A stretch of 41,798 bases of DNA from Candidatus Odinarchaeota archaeon (GTDB lineage Archaea; Asgardarchaeota; Hermodarchaeia; Hermodarchaeales; Hermodarchaeaceae). The notes beneath the pieces were generated by a model. That model made no database searches. It had not been told where the DNA came from and worked only from the letters and a program-made list of their open reading frames with translations. The position numbers and the translations under genes were made by a program. The stretch is taken from assembly GCA_048885185.1 (NCBI GenBank), contig JBHLQC010000002.1, forward strand, positions 1 through 41,798, written 5' to 3'. Below are positions 1 to 8,519 of the stretch, piece after piece. Position 1 is the first letter of the stretch. Every line of letters begins with the position of its first letter.

Positions 1-770
1 ATTGCTTGAATAGTTTCACGATTTGTTGCATAAAAGGCAATTATCGATTCGGGTGAAACCTCAGCTTGAGTAAATTCCGCTTTTAATAAATCTAGATTAC
101 CCGCATGTTCTGCGACTCCACTTATCCCTCCTACTTCTAGGGCAGCAATGATGTAATCGTATGATTTGAGATATTCGTCCAATCTTTCTCCTGGTTTCAA
201 TCGGATGAGCCTTGAGGTTTTTCCTGCTTTGTACTGTTTCATAAGAATATGTGCTTCATCATTGTCAGTGAGTATAACACGCCATGTTGCCAATGAGGGT
301 GTGGCTCCTCGACGAAGGGGACGGGCATTTGAGAGTAGATTGCCCATGTGGGCTAGTTGTTCCATTGAGCACTGGTTCACCTGTTCGAGGGCTTGCTGAA
401 ACCAATCTAGACGTTGAGTAATCACATCGATTTTGGATGAAGGAAGAGGATAGTAAAGAGACAACTTATCTTTAGCAAAAAGGCTGTTCGCGTATGACTG
501 AATGATACTCAGAATACGTTGGTAAATCGTTTGAATATCCTCGGTTTTTAAGACTTCAAATGCGCTAATGCCTTCTCGTATTGTGTATGCATCCTGTACA
601 ATGTCGAGGGCTTTTTTCTTTCCTACACCAGGAATGCTAGCAAGTGTTGCTACTTGTGCATTATTGATAATGTTGAGTGCAGCAAGTTCGGAGCCAAACA
701 CATCAACTAGTTTTTGAGCAAGGCGAGGTCCTACACCTGGAATTTGGTCCAATCGTTCTAGCTCTGGCAA
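1..770 (-). CDS. Helix-hairpin-helix (HhH)2 domain protein, N-terminal part; the gene runs off the left edge. Possibly the N-terminus of an archaeal MutS-like ATPase.
   Basis: Absent from the ORF track because no stop lies in the window. The minus-strand frame is open from TTG at 770-768 (GGGAGG 7 nt upstream) to position 1. Translation starts LPELERLDQIPGVGPRLAQKLVDVFGSELAALNIINNAQVATLASIPGVGKKKALDIV, i.e. two tandem IPGVG HhH motifs. The MutS-like assignment is from memory of archaeal N-termini only. Confidence 0.55.
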   Translation of the reverse strand, partial: MPELERLDQIPGVGPRLAQKLVDVFGSELAALNIINNAQVATLASIPGVGKKKALDIVQDAYTIREGISAFEVLKTEDIQTIYQRILSIIQSYANSLFAKDKLSLYYPLPSSKIDVITQRLDWFQQALEQVNQCSMEQLAHMGNLLSNARPLRRGATPSLATWRVILTDNDEAHILMKQYKAGKTSRLIRLKPGERLDEYLKSYDYIIAALEVGGISGVAEHAGNLDLLKAEFTQAEVSPESIIAFYATNRETIQA

Positions 771-912
771 ATAGTTTCCTCCCGTTCGTACAGTGCATTT
801 TTGAACAGCTATTTAATCTTCACCCCCCTCCATAGAACTGGATAAATGACTTTATAAGGCACAATGAAATTCCACTGGGTTTATCATTTAATGAAAACGA
901 GGGCATAGAACA

Positions 913-2310
913 GTGATACCGACTATACTCGTAGCAATTTTCGTGCTACTGGTGACCTTCATTGTTACTTTCATTGTGATGCCTTATGTCATCAAGGCAA
1001 TGAAGAAACGCAACATCGTTGGTGTTGACGTTCATAAGGCGGATAAACCAAAAATCGCCGAAATGGGCGGAGTTGGTATACTCATCGGCGTAACTGTTGG
1101 TAGCCTTGTTCTTTTTGTTATTGCCGGAATATTTGTGACTGGATTTTTTGATCTGCGAATCTTAGTTTTTCTGTCAGTAGTTCTGATTGCAGGTCTCATT
1201 GGTATTGTAGATGATGTTAAAACTCTTGGAGCAAAGTTTAAACCAATTTTAACCGCAGCGGCTTGTTTACCAATTCTTCTTTACACGTGGACCATAATCG
1301 GATTAGGATTATCTCCACCCCTATTGCCCGCGTATGTACCGAATCCACATTTGCCATTTTTGGGCCGGACTCGTTTAACATTTGTCTATCCTTTTTTGGT
1401 TCCTTTGGCAATTGCTATTCCTGCAAATGCTATGAACATGATGGATGTTTTCAACGGTGTGATGCCTCTAAAATCAATACTCATGTTTGTTGCACTTCTC
1501 ATTGTATCCTTATTTCTGATGGCAGTTGGTATTCCCGGAGCAGAATTAGGTGTTTTATTGTCTGCGGTAATGATTGGCGCCCTTATTGCTTATTATGCAT
1601 TCAATCGGTACCCTGCAAAAGTCTTTGCTGGTGACACTGGATCATTAGCAGTTGGAGCAGCTTTAGGCGCAGTCGCAATAATGGGACGGGTGGAAATTAT
1701 GGCCATTGTTGCTCTTTTACCAGCGATAATGAATGCGTTTTACAGTTTGGTTAGCATTGGTGGATTGTTGGAACGGCGACAAATGAAAGCGCGTCCGACA
1801 ATTTTTCAAGATGATGGGACTCTTGCCGCTTCTCAAGATGCCAATGCTCCGCTTACGTTAACACGGCTTGTTTTGGCACGAGGTCCTATGACTGAACAAA
1901 GAATTACTCTATCGCTTGCAACACTAACTTTTGCGAGTAGTATTCTAGCAGTTTTGACTTTGCTTCTCATCCCATTTGATACGGCATATCTCATTACTTG
2001 GCCTTGTACTCTTATCCTGGTTATTGTTCCGATTTGTCTTATTCTTGGGGTATATTTGGTTCTTAGGAAAATAGATCATCTTGGTTTTCGACTTGCTGGA
2101 CTGATAATGATAATGGTTGGAGTATGGACTTTAGGTATGGCGGGTTTCGCATTACTAGATTTCTTATTGGTTTATATCCAGAGCCCGTACTGGCCAATTG
2201 CTGGAATCTTGTATATGGTTGGGTGGCTTGCATTATGGCACTTTGCGACCCGATTATATTTCCGCTATGAAATGGGTAAAAACAAAGTTGTCAATCAACT
2301 GGTTTCCTAG
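913..2310 (+). CDS. Polyprenyl/dolichyl-phosphate GlcNAc-1-phosphate transferase (GT4, MraY/WecA/ALG7 superfamily; AglH/ALG7-like) with a C-terminal multi-TM extension
   Basis: 465-aa polytopic membrane ORF with a GTG start and GAGGG upstream. Family motifs present: IGIVDDVKTLGAKFK, NAMNMMDVFNG, VFAGDTGSLAVGAALG. Confidence 0.8.
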   Translation: MIPTILVAIFVLLVTFIVTFIVMPYVIKAMKKRNIVGVDVHKADKPKIAEMGGVGILIGVTVGSLVLFVIAGIFVTGFFDLRILVFLSVVLIAGLIGIVDDVKTLGAKFKPILTAAACLPILLYTWTIIGLGLSPPLLPAYVPNPHLPFLGRTRLTFVYPFLVPLAIAIPANAMNMMDVFNGVMPLKSILMFVALLIVSLFLMAVGIPGAELGVLLSAVMIGALIAYYAFNRYPAKVFAGDTGSLAVGAALGAVAIMGRVEIMAIVALLPAIMNAFYSLVSIGGLLERRQMKARPTIFQDDGTLAASQDANAPLTLTRLVLARGPMTEQRITLSLATLTFASSILAVLTLLLIPFDTAYLITWPCTLILVIVPICLILGVYLVLRKIDHLGFRLAGLIMIMVGVWTLGMAGFALLDFLLVYIQSPYWPIAGILYMVGWLALWHFATRLYFRYEMGKNKVVNQLVS

Positions 2311-3121
2311 TTTTCCCCTTTTGCCAGCGATACTCAAAGCTTTGCTGAAATATGGCTACTATCCCCTCGTTAGAAGAGTAGCTTGGACGATATACATAAC
2401 GTGGTTGGCTCTTTTCGACGCCAGGAGATGCCCAGATTAGGAAAACGACTTTAGCTGAGTCAGCAAGAGTACCTCGAACTGGAAAACGTATATCGGAGGG
2501 TTGTCGGACACTAATACCTAATGACAGGAGTCTTTGCACTGCAGACCGGGTTGTGGGATGTTGCATATTCATGAGAACTCGAATTCTGACGCCCCGTTTC
2601 ATTGCCTTTGCTAGATCTTTCTCTACACCGTCAAACCAACTGAACACATCTGTAAAAATATCGAGAGATTTTTCAGCCTCAACAATTAGTTGTCTTGTTT
2701 GTTTTTCTGTTATTGCCAGATTATCCAAAGATTCTAAGAGATCTTCAGGTCGAATTCGGAGACGCTCGCGCCAAAATATTGGAGAGAGAACCTCTTTTAC
2801 TTCCTGACTAGTTTCTACAAGTTGACGGAACGATTCCTCTGAGGCATGTTTTCGTATTGCCAATAAATTTTGGAAACCTTCCTCCGGACTTATGATTTCA
2901 AATTTTTTAGGTCGACCTTCAATTATCACAATTAATCCTAAGTTTTTGAGACTCTCTAGAACTCCATAAACGCGCGGTATTGGGATATTTGCTTTACGGG
3001 CGATTTCCTCAGCACTCATTTGTGATCCTTGCACGAGTATGAGGTATGCCTGTGTTTCATATTCTGTTAGACCCAGTTGTCTAAGTTTTTCAGCAGGTTC
3101 GGTTAACGACATGACAACCAT
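2291..3121 (-). CDS. TrmB-family transcriptional regulator (N-terminal wHTH plus C-terminal effector-like domain)
   Basis: LGLTEYETQAYLILVQGSQMSAEEIARKANIPIPRVYGVLESLKNLGLI is a typical TrmB HTH. The 3' end overlaps the convergent transferase gene by 20 nt. Confidence 0.75.
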   Translation of the reverse strand: MVVMSLTEPAEKLRQLGLTEYETQAYLILVQGSQMSAEEIARKANIPIPRVYGVLESLKNLGLIVIIEGRPKKFEIISPEEGFQNLLAIRKHASEESFRQLVETSQEVKEVLSPIFWRERLRIRPEDLLESLDNLAITEKQTRQLIVEAEKSLDIFTDVFSWFDGVEKDLAKAMKRGVRIRVLMNMQHPTTRSAVQRLLSLGISVRQPSDIRFPVRGTLADSAKVVFLIWASPGVEKSQPRYVYRPSYSSNEGIVAIFQQSFEYRWQKGKTRKPVD

Positions 3122-3220
3122 ATTGCTTGTTGCGATTCCCCTAAATTATCGTTTCGAATAAACTGGTTTAAACGTAACATCGGTAACTTTTTTTAAGCTG
3201 TACCGAATCCTCTAGTTCTG

Positions 3221-4192
3221 GTGATTTCAGTGACTTCTGTTAGGGTTGGTGTTATTGGCGTTGGCGCATGGGGAAAAAATCATGTTCGTGTCTTTTCCGA
3301 GCTAGAAGAAGCCACTCTTGCAGGAATTGCAGATCGAGATGTCCAAAGGGCAAAAACCTATGCACAACAGTTCAATACTATCCACTACTCAAGTGTTGAG
3401 GAATTATTGAAGCAGGAAGATATTGATGCCGTTACTATATGCACTCCAACTGTGACGCATGCGGATCTTGCTTTGCAGGCAATTGATGTTGGAAAACATC
3501 TGTTGTTGGAAAAGCCAATGACTGATACCGCACAACAAGCACAACGTGTCATTGATGCCGCTAAGTCAGCAAAAATCACTTTGATGGTCGGTTTCGTAGA
3601 ACGATTTAACCCTTCTGTCGAAACCGCAGCTAAGATTATTGACGATGAAAAAATAGGTGAATTAGTATTGGGTTCAGCACGAAGGCTGGGTCCTTTTGTA
3701 CCAGGCCGAGTAGCAGATATCGGGATAATTAAAGACATGGCCATACATGATATCGATATTGCTCGATTTCTTGCAAAGCAGGAAGCGACGTCAGTTTATG
3801 CAATTGCAGGTCAACTTTATCACAAATATGAAGATCATGCAAACCTCGTAATTCGTTTTAATGACAAGCCCACATTTTTCCTTGAATGTAATTGGTTGAC
3901 ACCACAAAAAATGCGAGGTATGAATATCACTGGTTCCCAAGGAGTGATATCATTAGATTACATTTCTCAAGAAGTGACCCTTGGAACCAGCCAGCAAGTG
4001 CAAAAATCCCCTTTGCTATGGGATGAACCTCTAAAACGCGAACTTTCTCATTTTATTAAATGCGTTGCAAAAAACCAGAATCCTATAACTTCAGGATCTG
4101 ATGGATTGGAGGCTCTCAGAATTGCCGAAGCTGCATTAAAAAGCGCTCGCACAAAAAGCATAATCTATCTAGAGGAGTTTCGGACCAATTGA
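3221..4192 (+). CDS. Gfo/Idh/MocA-family NAD-dependent sugar dehydrogenase (WbpB-like UDP-sugar 3-dehydrogenase candidate)
   Basis: N-terminal Rossmann motif VGVIGVGAWGKNH and the LLLEKPM (EKP) motif. The stop overlaps the start of the next gene (TTGA). Confidence 0.75.
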   Translation: MISVTSVRVGVIGVGAWGKNHVRVFSELEEATLAGIADRDVQRAKTYAQQFNTIHYSSVEELLKQEDIDAVTICTPTVTHADLALQAIDVGKHLLLEKPMTDTAQQAQRVIDAAKSAKITLMVGFVERFNPSVETAAKIIDDEKIGELVLGSARRLGPFVPGRVADIGIIKDMAIHDIDIARFLAKQEATSVYAIAGQLYHKYEDHANLVIRFNDKPTFFLECNWLTPQKMRGMNITGSQGVISLDYISQEVTLGTSQQVQKSPLLWDEPLKRELSHFIKCVAKNQNPITSGSDGLEALRIAEAALKSARTKSIIYLEEFRTN

Positions 4193-4962
4193 AGTTGAAA
4201 TCAAAAATCCATCCGTCTTCCATTATTGAAGGAACTGTGAATCTTGGAACAGGAAACATCGTGGAACCTTTTGTATTCCTCAGAGGTGATATCAGGACTA
4301 GAAAAAAGTGTTATTTCAGCACAGGATGTAATATTCAGGGTCCTGCAAGAATTGGTTCCTCTGTTTTCTTTGGTGAAAGAACGTCAATAGGTTTCCCTAG
4401 TCAACGCCAGATTATACAATTTCAAGAAGGAAAAGCTGAATCGCTTTGGACTGATTCTGCGACCACAAAAATAGGAAACAGCTGTATCATCCGAACAGAA
4501 TCTGTCATTTACGCAGGATCACAAATTGGTAATAATGTCCGCATGGGTCACAATACGTTAATTCGTGAACAAGTCACAATTGGTGATAACACCCTTGTTG
4601 GAACAGGAGTGGTGATTGATGGAAATACTTCGGTTGGAAAGAATGTGTCAATTCAAACCAACGTTTACATCCCCTGGCAGACATTGATTGAGGATCACGT
4701 TTTCCTCGGCCCCAACTGTATTCTTACCAATGATAAGTATGTCATGCGTAAAGATTACGAATTAAAGGGTCCAATTCTACGGAGAGGAGTTAGTGTCGGA
4801 GCAGGAGCTGTGATATTACCAGCAATTGAAATTGGCCCTGAAGCAGTGATTGGAGCAGGAGCGGTTGTAACTAAGGACGTTCCTCCAAAAGCAATTGTCT
4901 ATGGTGTACCTGGGCGCATTCATTCTTCGGTTCCAGACTCTTGGAAGATTCCTAAGGAATGA
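4189..4962 (+). CDS. Hexapeptide-repeat (left-handed beta-helix) acyl/acetyltransferase, WbpD-like sugar N-acetyltransferase candidate
   Basis: Repeated [LIV]G-x4 hexapeptides (IGNNVRMGHNTLIREQVTIGDNTLVGTGVVIDGNTSVGKNVSI...). Translationally coupled to the upstream dehydrogenase. Confidence 0.75.
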   Translation: MKLKSKIHPSSIIEGTVNLGTGNIVEPFVFLRGDIRTRKKCYFSTGCNIQGPARIGSSVFFGERTSIGFPSQRQIIQFQEGKAESLWTDSATTKIGNSCIIRTESVIYAGSQIGNNVRMGHNTLIREQVTIGDNTLVGTGVVIDGNTSVGKNVSIQTNVYIPWQTLIEDHVFLGPNCILTNDKYVMRKDYELKGPILRRGVSVGAGAVILPAIEIGPEAVIGAGAVVTKDVPPKAIVYGVPGRIHSSVPDSWKIPKE

Positions 4963-5082
4963 ATAGCTTCTCGATTTCTGAGTTTGAAAAATCCCATGGA
5001 ATTTTAGAGATGTGTTTTTGATTTGTAAGTAAGAGAATGCTTAAATACGTGAAAAGAATCGACAACACGATACCTGGTTTCG

Positions 5083-6816
5083 GTGTGTGTACCTGTGAAG
5101 ACTAGAGCCTTATTCCTGTTACTGATACTCTGCGTTCCAATGGTTTTTGCATTTATACCACCTACTAATGCAAATTCTTCACACTTGGTTATTGCTGATA
5201 TCCAGCGTAATATCGATTTCCAGGAATATGGTTTACTTCTCATAACGGATAACCTCACCGTTATTAACTCGGGTCCCGTGCCCGCGTTTTTTGTAGATAT
5301 TGCTTATCCTATTTCTGAATTTGACAAGGTTAAGATGTTTAATGCTGTAACAGCAGATGGAACAGATCAATTGTGGGAAAGGATCACACGACTTGGCCCA
5401 GACTGCACTGGGTGGCGAGTATATCTTCCGGAACCAGTAATGCCAAACCAAACGGCTATATTCGAAACCCAGATGGCTCTGGCTGGATTAACTGCACAAG
5501 ATGGTGTTAACGCTGCTGCCACTTTTTCACCTATTCCAACCAGCCCCTATCTCATTCAAAGCTACACAACCACATTAACGTATCACACTGCATTAACTGC
5601 ACCTTCTCAAAGAGAGTGGACCGGAAGTGACGTTCAGCCCTATTCTTTTGAATATTCTACAGTTGTTCTCGATCACATTGTAAATGATTACACACCACTC
5701 ATTACGTATTTAGAGCTTAAGCGTACATATGCCATTGATGGGTGGGGCTACATTTATGCCCATGAAGAACACACCTTCCGCCTTGACAGCCCCAATCCCC
5801 GATTTGATAACGCGGAACGCTTGTGGACAAGCATCGAGATATCATTACCTCCGGGTAGTGAATTTCTTAGAACCTTTGATAATTTAGCCAACTTATCAAG
5901 AAGTCATATAACTGAACCAACAAATGCAACTCACCCGGGAACACTAAGCGTTGTTCTCGGTTATTTTCTCGAAGAAGGTGACGTTTACCAATTTTTTGTT
6001 GAATACCGAATTCCCCTCGACTTCCATCAACTTGTCCTTCAAACAGGTCAGTTTTTCAGGTTCGATCCCTATTTTGAGGAACCTTGGCTCATTGAAAATC
6101 AGATTACTGAGTTTATTCTTCCTCCAGGCAGTTGGCTGCAAGCAATTCCCGTGGGATCAGATGTTTCAATTTCTTCAACTGGTCAATATATGGTTAGTTA
6201 CCATGAAACAAATGTTACATCATTGCATAGAGCCGAGATAAACTTCAATTACATTTATCCAATCCCACCCACCCTCACTCGGCCAATGATGTTCTTCATC
6301 ATTATAGTTATCATCTCTTTGATGTATGTTGTTGTACGCCGCATTCCTTATTTCCGTGAAGAAGAGGAAGATGTTGTGGTTGTAAGGGATGTAGATCCAG
6401 TTATTCTTGGGGAATTTTGTAATTTATACGGAGAAAAGATTGCCTTGTTACTTCAAACGGAAAGGCTTGAACAAAGTATGTTACAAGGTAAAATCTCAAA
6501 GCCCAGATATCGAAAGGAAAAGAAGAATTTTGAGCGTAAGATTAGAACGCTTAATTTTGAATTAGCTAGTAGAAGTCAACAATTAATCGAGGCAGGAGGT
6601 AAGTACGAGTCTAGTTGTAACCAACTGGAACTATTAGAAGCTGAACGAATCAGCACCATTGAGGCACTCCATGCCCTCGAACAAAGATACCGTCAAAAGC
6701 GAATTACTGCCCAAGTTTATCAGAAGCTACAGAAAGACCTTCAAAAACGTCGAGATAGAGCAGTATCACGTATGGATCGAATCCTACTCGGTCTTCGCGA
6801 AGAATTAAACGAGTAG
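5083..6816 (+). CDS. Ribophorin I (OST1)-like oligosaccharyltransferase accessory subunit candidate: signal peptide, ~400-aa extracytoplasmic domain, one TM, cytoplasmic coiled-coil tail
   Basis: Signal peptide MCVPVKTRALFLLLILCVPMVFAF. IADIQRNIDFQEYGLLLITDNLTVINSGPVP resembles the ribophorin I N-terminal block (V-x-R-x-[IV]-D-L...N-x-G). KRTYAIDGWGYIYAHEEHTF resembles eukaryotic R-x-IEVSHWGNIAVEE. The TM is MMFFIIIVIISLMYVVV, followed by a K/R/E/Q-rich coiled coil as in RPN1. Confidence 0.6.
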   Translation: MCVPVKTRALFLLLILCVPMVFAFIPPTNANSSHLVIADIQRNIDFQEYGLLLITDNLTVINSGPVPAFFVDIAYPISEFDKVKMFNAVTADGTDQLWERITRLGPDCTGWRVYLPEPVMPNQTAIFETQMALAGLTAQDGVNAAATFSPIPTSPYLIQSYTTTLTYHTALTAPSQREWTGSDVQPYSFEYSTVVLDHIVNDYTPLITYLELKRTYAIDGWGYIYAHEEHTFRLDSPNPRFDNAERLWTSIEISLPPGSEFLRTFDNLANLSRSHITEPTNATHPGTLSVVLGYFLEEGDVYQFFVEYRIPLDFHQLVLQTGQFFRFDPYFEEPWLIENQITEFILPPGSWLQAIPVGSDVSISSTGQYMVSYHETNVTSLHRAEINFNYIYPIPPTLTRPMMFFIIIVIISLMYVVVRRIPYFREEEEDVVVVRDVDPVILGEFCNLYGEKIALLLQTERLEQSMLQGKISKPRYRKEKKNFERKIRTLNFELASRSQQLIEAGGKYESSCNQLELLEAERISTIEALHALEQRYRQKRITAQVYQKLQKDLQKRRDRAVSRMDRILLGLREELNE

Positions 6817-6896
6817 ACATCTGCTTACAACGCCGAAACACTCAATAAGTCCCAACGAAAAGGGTTTCGCGTTAGGATAATAGCCCGGTAGTGTAG

Positions 6897-6931
6897 GCAA
6901 TTTCAGAGTAGTTTCCTTTGAATTCGCACAA
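6897..6931 (+). other. tRNA-Gln intron 1 (35 nt, D-loop, between nt 15 and 16)
   Basis: BHB: central helix GUGU(6891-94)/GCAC(6926-29), bulges AG|G and AA|U, inner helix AAUUU/GAAUU. Confidence 0.75.
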
Positions 6932-6954
6932 TGGTCAATCATCCGGGGCTTTGG

Positions 6955-6980
6955 TGCTGTAATCAAAAAACAGCGAAGAT
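6955..6980 (+). other. tRNA-Gln intron 2 (26 nt, canonical 37/38)
   Basis: Perfect hBHBh': C32UUU pairs with GAAG of the intron 3' end, bulges GG|U and AU|A, inner helix GCUG/CAGC. Confidence 0.85.
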
Positions 6981-7020
6981 ACCCCGGGACCGCGGTTCGA
7001 ATCCGCGCCGGGCTACCATT

Positions 7021-7860
7021 TTATTTTTTCTTTGACGCTAGGGACGGGTGCCAATGTGTTATTTTTGCCTTTTCTGCTTGATTGTCCCATTCTGCAAGAA
7101 TTTTTACAGCTTCACATGCCGTCTTACTAGCTTCTTCTTCGCCTGCAACTGCAAATTCATCAGTTTCGCGATTAGCAAATACTGTGCAAACCGCACCACT
7201 TCTAAGTTCGAAAAGGTTTGATAACGTAAATATTGTTGAGCATTCCATTTCAAAATTTAGTACTCTGGCAGCCTGTAAATCAGGGAGGATATTTTTCATT
7301 GAAGACTGCCAATAGTTGTTGAACCCTGGTCGCCCCTGTCCCGTAAAGAAACTGTCTGTGCTACAAGTAATCCCTACATGGTATCGATAACCTAAACTTT
7401 CAGCTGCTTCGATTAAGGCTTGTACGACTTGATAGTGGGCTAAAGCTGGATATCGTGGTGTTACATACTGTATACTAGTACCATCGTTTCGGACAGCACC
7501 AGTTGAAATGATCAAGTCACCGCATTGGATTCCTTTTTGGATTGCCCCTGAACTCCCTACACGGATGAACGTCTTCGCTCCAATTGTGGCTAGTTCTTCA
7601 ATAGCAATTGCAGTGGCAGGGCACCCAATCCCGGTTGAGGTCGTTGATATTGGTGTGTTCTTATAGATGCCCGTGTAGGTTACATAGCTGCGTTTGCGTG
7701 CCATGTTTTTTGAAGAATCCCATAGTTTTGATATCAAAGTAGCACGATCTGGATCACCCGGTAACAGGACTATCGGCGCAATATCTCCGGGTCGTAATCC
7801 GATATGGTACTGCATTTGATCAGCCGTTTCAGGTCGGCTTGCTGATTCCCATTTTTTCAT
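7021..7860 (-). CDS. Nucleoside phosphorylase, PNP/UDP family 1 (uridine phosphorylase-like)
   Basis: YHIGLRPGDIAPIVLLPGDPDRA, STTSTGIGCPATAIAIEEL, FIRVGSSGAIQ and ECSTIF resemble Udp/DeoD-type motifs. Confidence 0.75.
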   Translation of the reverse strand: MKKWESASRPETADQMQYHIGLRPGDIAPIVLLPGDPDRATLISKLWDSSKNMARKRSYVTYTGIYKNTPISTTSTGIGCPATAIAIEELATIGAKTFIRVGSSGAIQKGIQCGDLIISTGAVRNDGTSIQYVTPRYPALAHYQVVQALIEAAESLGYRYHVGITCSTDSFFTGQGRPGFNNYWQSSMKNILPDLQAARVLNFEMECSTIFTLSNLFELRSGAVCTVFANRETDEFAVAGEEEASKTACEAVKILAEWDNQAEKAKITHWHPSLASKKK

Positions 7861-7884
7861 TCCTCCACCCTCTAAGTCTTCGAA

Positions 7885-8490
7885 TTATCGTGTCCCGCGC
7901 CGATAACTTGGACGAACTTTTCGTATCGTTTTTTCCTCGCGCTCTTCAATTTTATTTTCGCTAATGAGATAATCAATTGCTTTGTCTAATTCATCGCGAC
8001 TGATTTCTAGAGAATTAGCAATTTCGCCACGTGGTTGACCGTCATTATAGGTTTCAGTGATTTTGGTAAGTAACTTTTCACCAATGTAAACGTGTTTACC
8101 TTGTGAGATGAGAAGTAATCCTTGAAATCTCATGACTCTTGAGCTAACCATTCGGTTTAATTCTACTTCGATTTTTGCTGGAGTTTCATCAAGGTTTCGA
8201 GCTAATTCAACGAGAGTAATTCTTTCAGCTTCTTCTAATTCGGTCTTTAGGTTACTTACAAAGATTCTTCTACGATAGAAGACGACGAGGCCAATGAAAA
8301 GGATGATTGAAACCAGAAAAATCACTATGCCCCAACTTAAGACCGGATTAACAGCGAATGCAGCCTGAATAGCGTGAATCAGATTGGTGGTGTTCTGTGA
8401 TTGGAAGAAGAGTATGTCTATTATGATTAGTATAATTGCTATTCCAAAAATGGCGGCTAAGAGTTTTGATAGAGTGGATTTTAATGACAT
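7885..8490 (-). CDS. Membrane-anchored protein (2 predicted TM) with two winged-helix-like cytoplasmic modules; function unknown
   Basis: Hydrophobic segments LLAAIFGIAIILIIIDILFF and WGIVIFLVSIILFIGLVVFY, then ITLVELARNLDETPAKIEVELNRMV and RGEIANSLEISRDELDKAIDYLI. Confidence 0.5.
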   Translation of the reverse strand: MSLKSTLSKLLAAIFGIAIILIIIDILFFQSQNTTNLIHAIQAAFAVNPVLSWGIVIFLVSIILFIGLVVFYRRRIFVSNLKTELEEAERITLVELARNLDETPAKIEVELNRMVSSRVMRFQGLLLISQGKHVYIGEKLLTKITETYNDGQPRGEIANSLEISRDELDKAIDYLISENKIEEREEKTIRKVRPSYRRGTR

Positions 8491-8519
8491 ACTAGTACCT
8501 CAGGCTAAGCACTAATCGG

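Larger units (their letters stand above)
6882..7018 (+). tRNA. tRNA-Gln(UUG) with two introns (35 nt after G15 in the D-loop; 26 nt at canonical 37/38) and genomically encoded CCA
   Basis: Hand fold: AGCCCGG-UA-GUGU-AG[35 nt]UGGUCAA-UCAU-C-CGGGG-CUUUGG[26 nt]A-CCCCG-GGAC-CGCGG-UUCGAAU-CCGCG-CCGGGCU-A-CCA. It has the A1-U72 pair typical of archaeal tRNA-Gln. Both inserts form BHB motifs. Confidence 0.85.

Noticed and set aside
166-399. 77-aa plus-strand ORF
   Set aside because: It lies antisense inside the better-supported minus-strand HhH-domain gene (1..770), and its Cys/Ser/Arg-rich composition is typical of shadow ORFs.
1263-1634. 123-aa ORF in an alternate frame of the GlcNAc-1-P transferase gene
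   Set aside because: It is fully embedded out of frame in a gene with strong family motifs, and its Cys-rich composition is non-protein-like. The same reasoning applies to other embedded or antisense track ORFs, e.g. 2553..2807, 3385..3744, 5233..5451, 5944..6241, 7082..7315, 8608..8838, 9799..10140, 12943..13206, 13574..13822, 16879..17091, 17216..17488, 20484..21053, 24631..25170, 25947..26248, 26598..27031, 27725..28157, 33156..33368, 34215..34514, 37527..38684 and 39980..40207.
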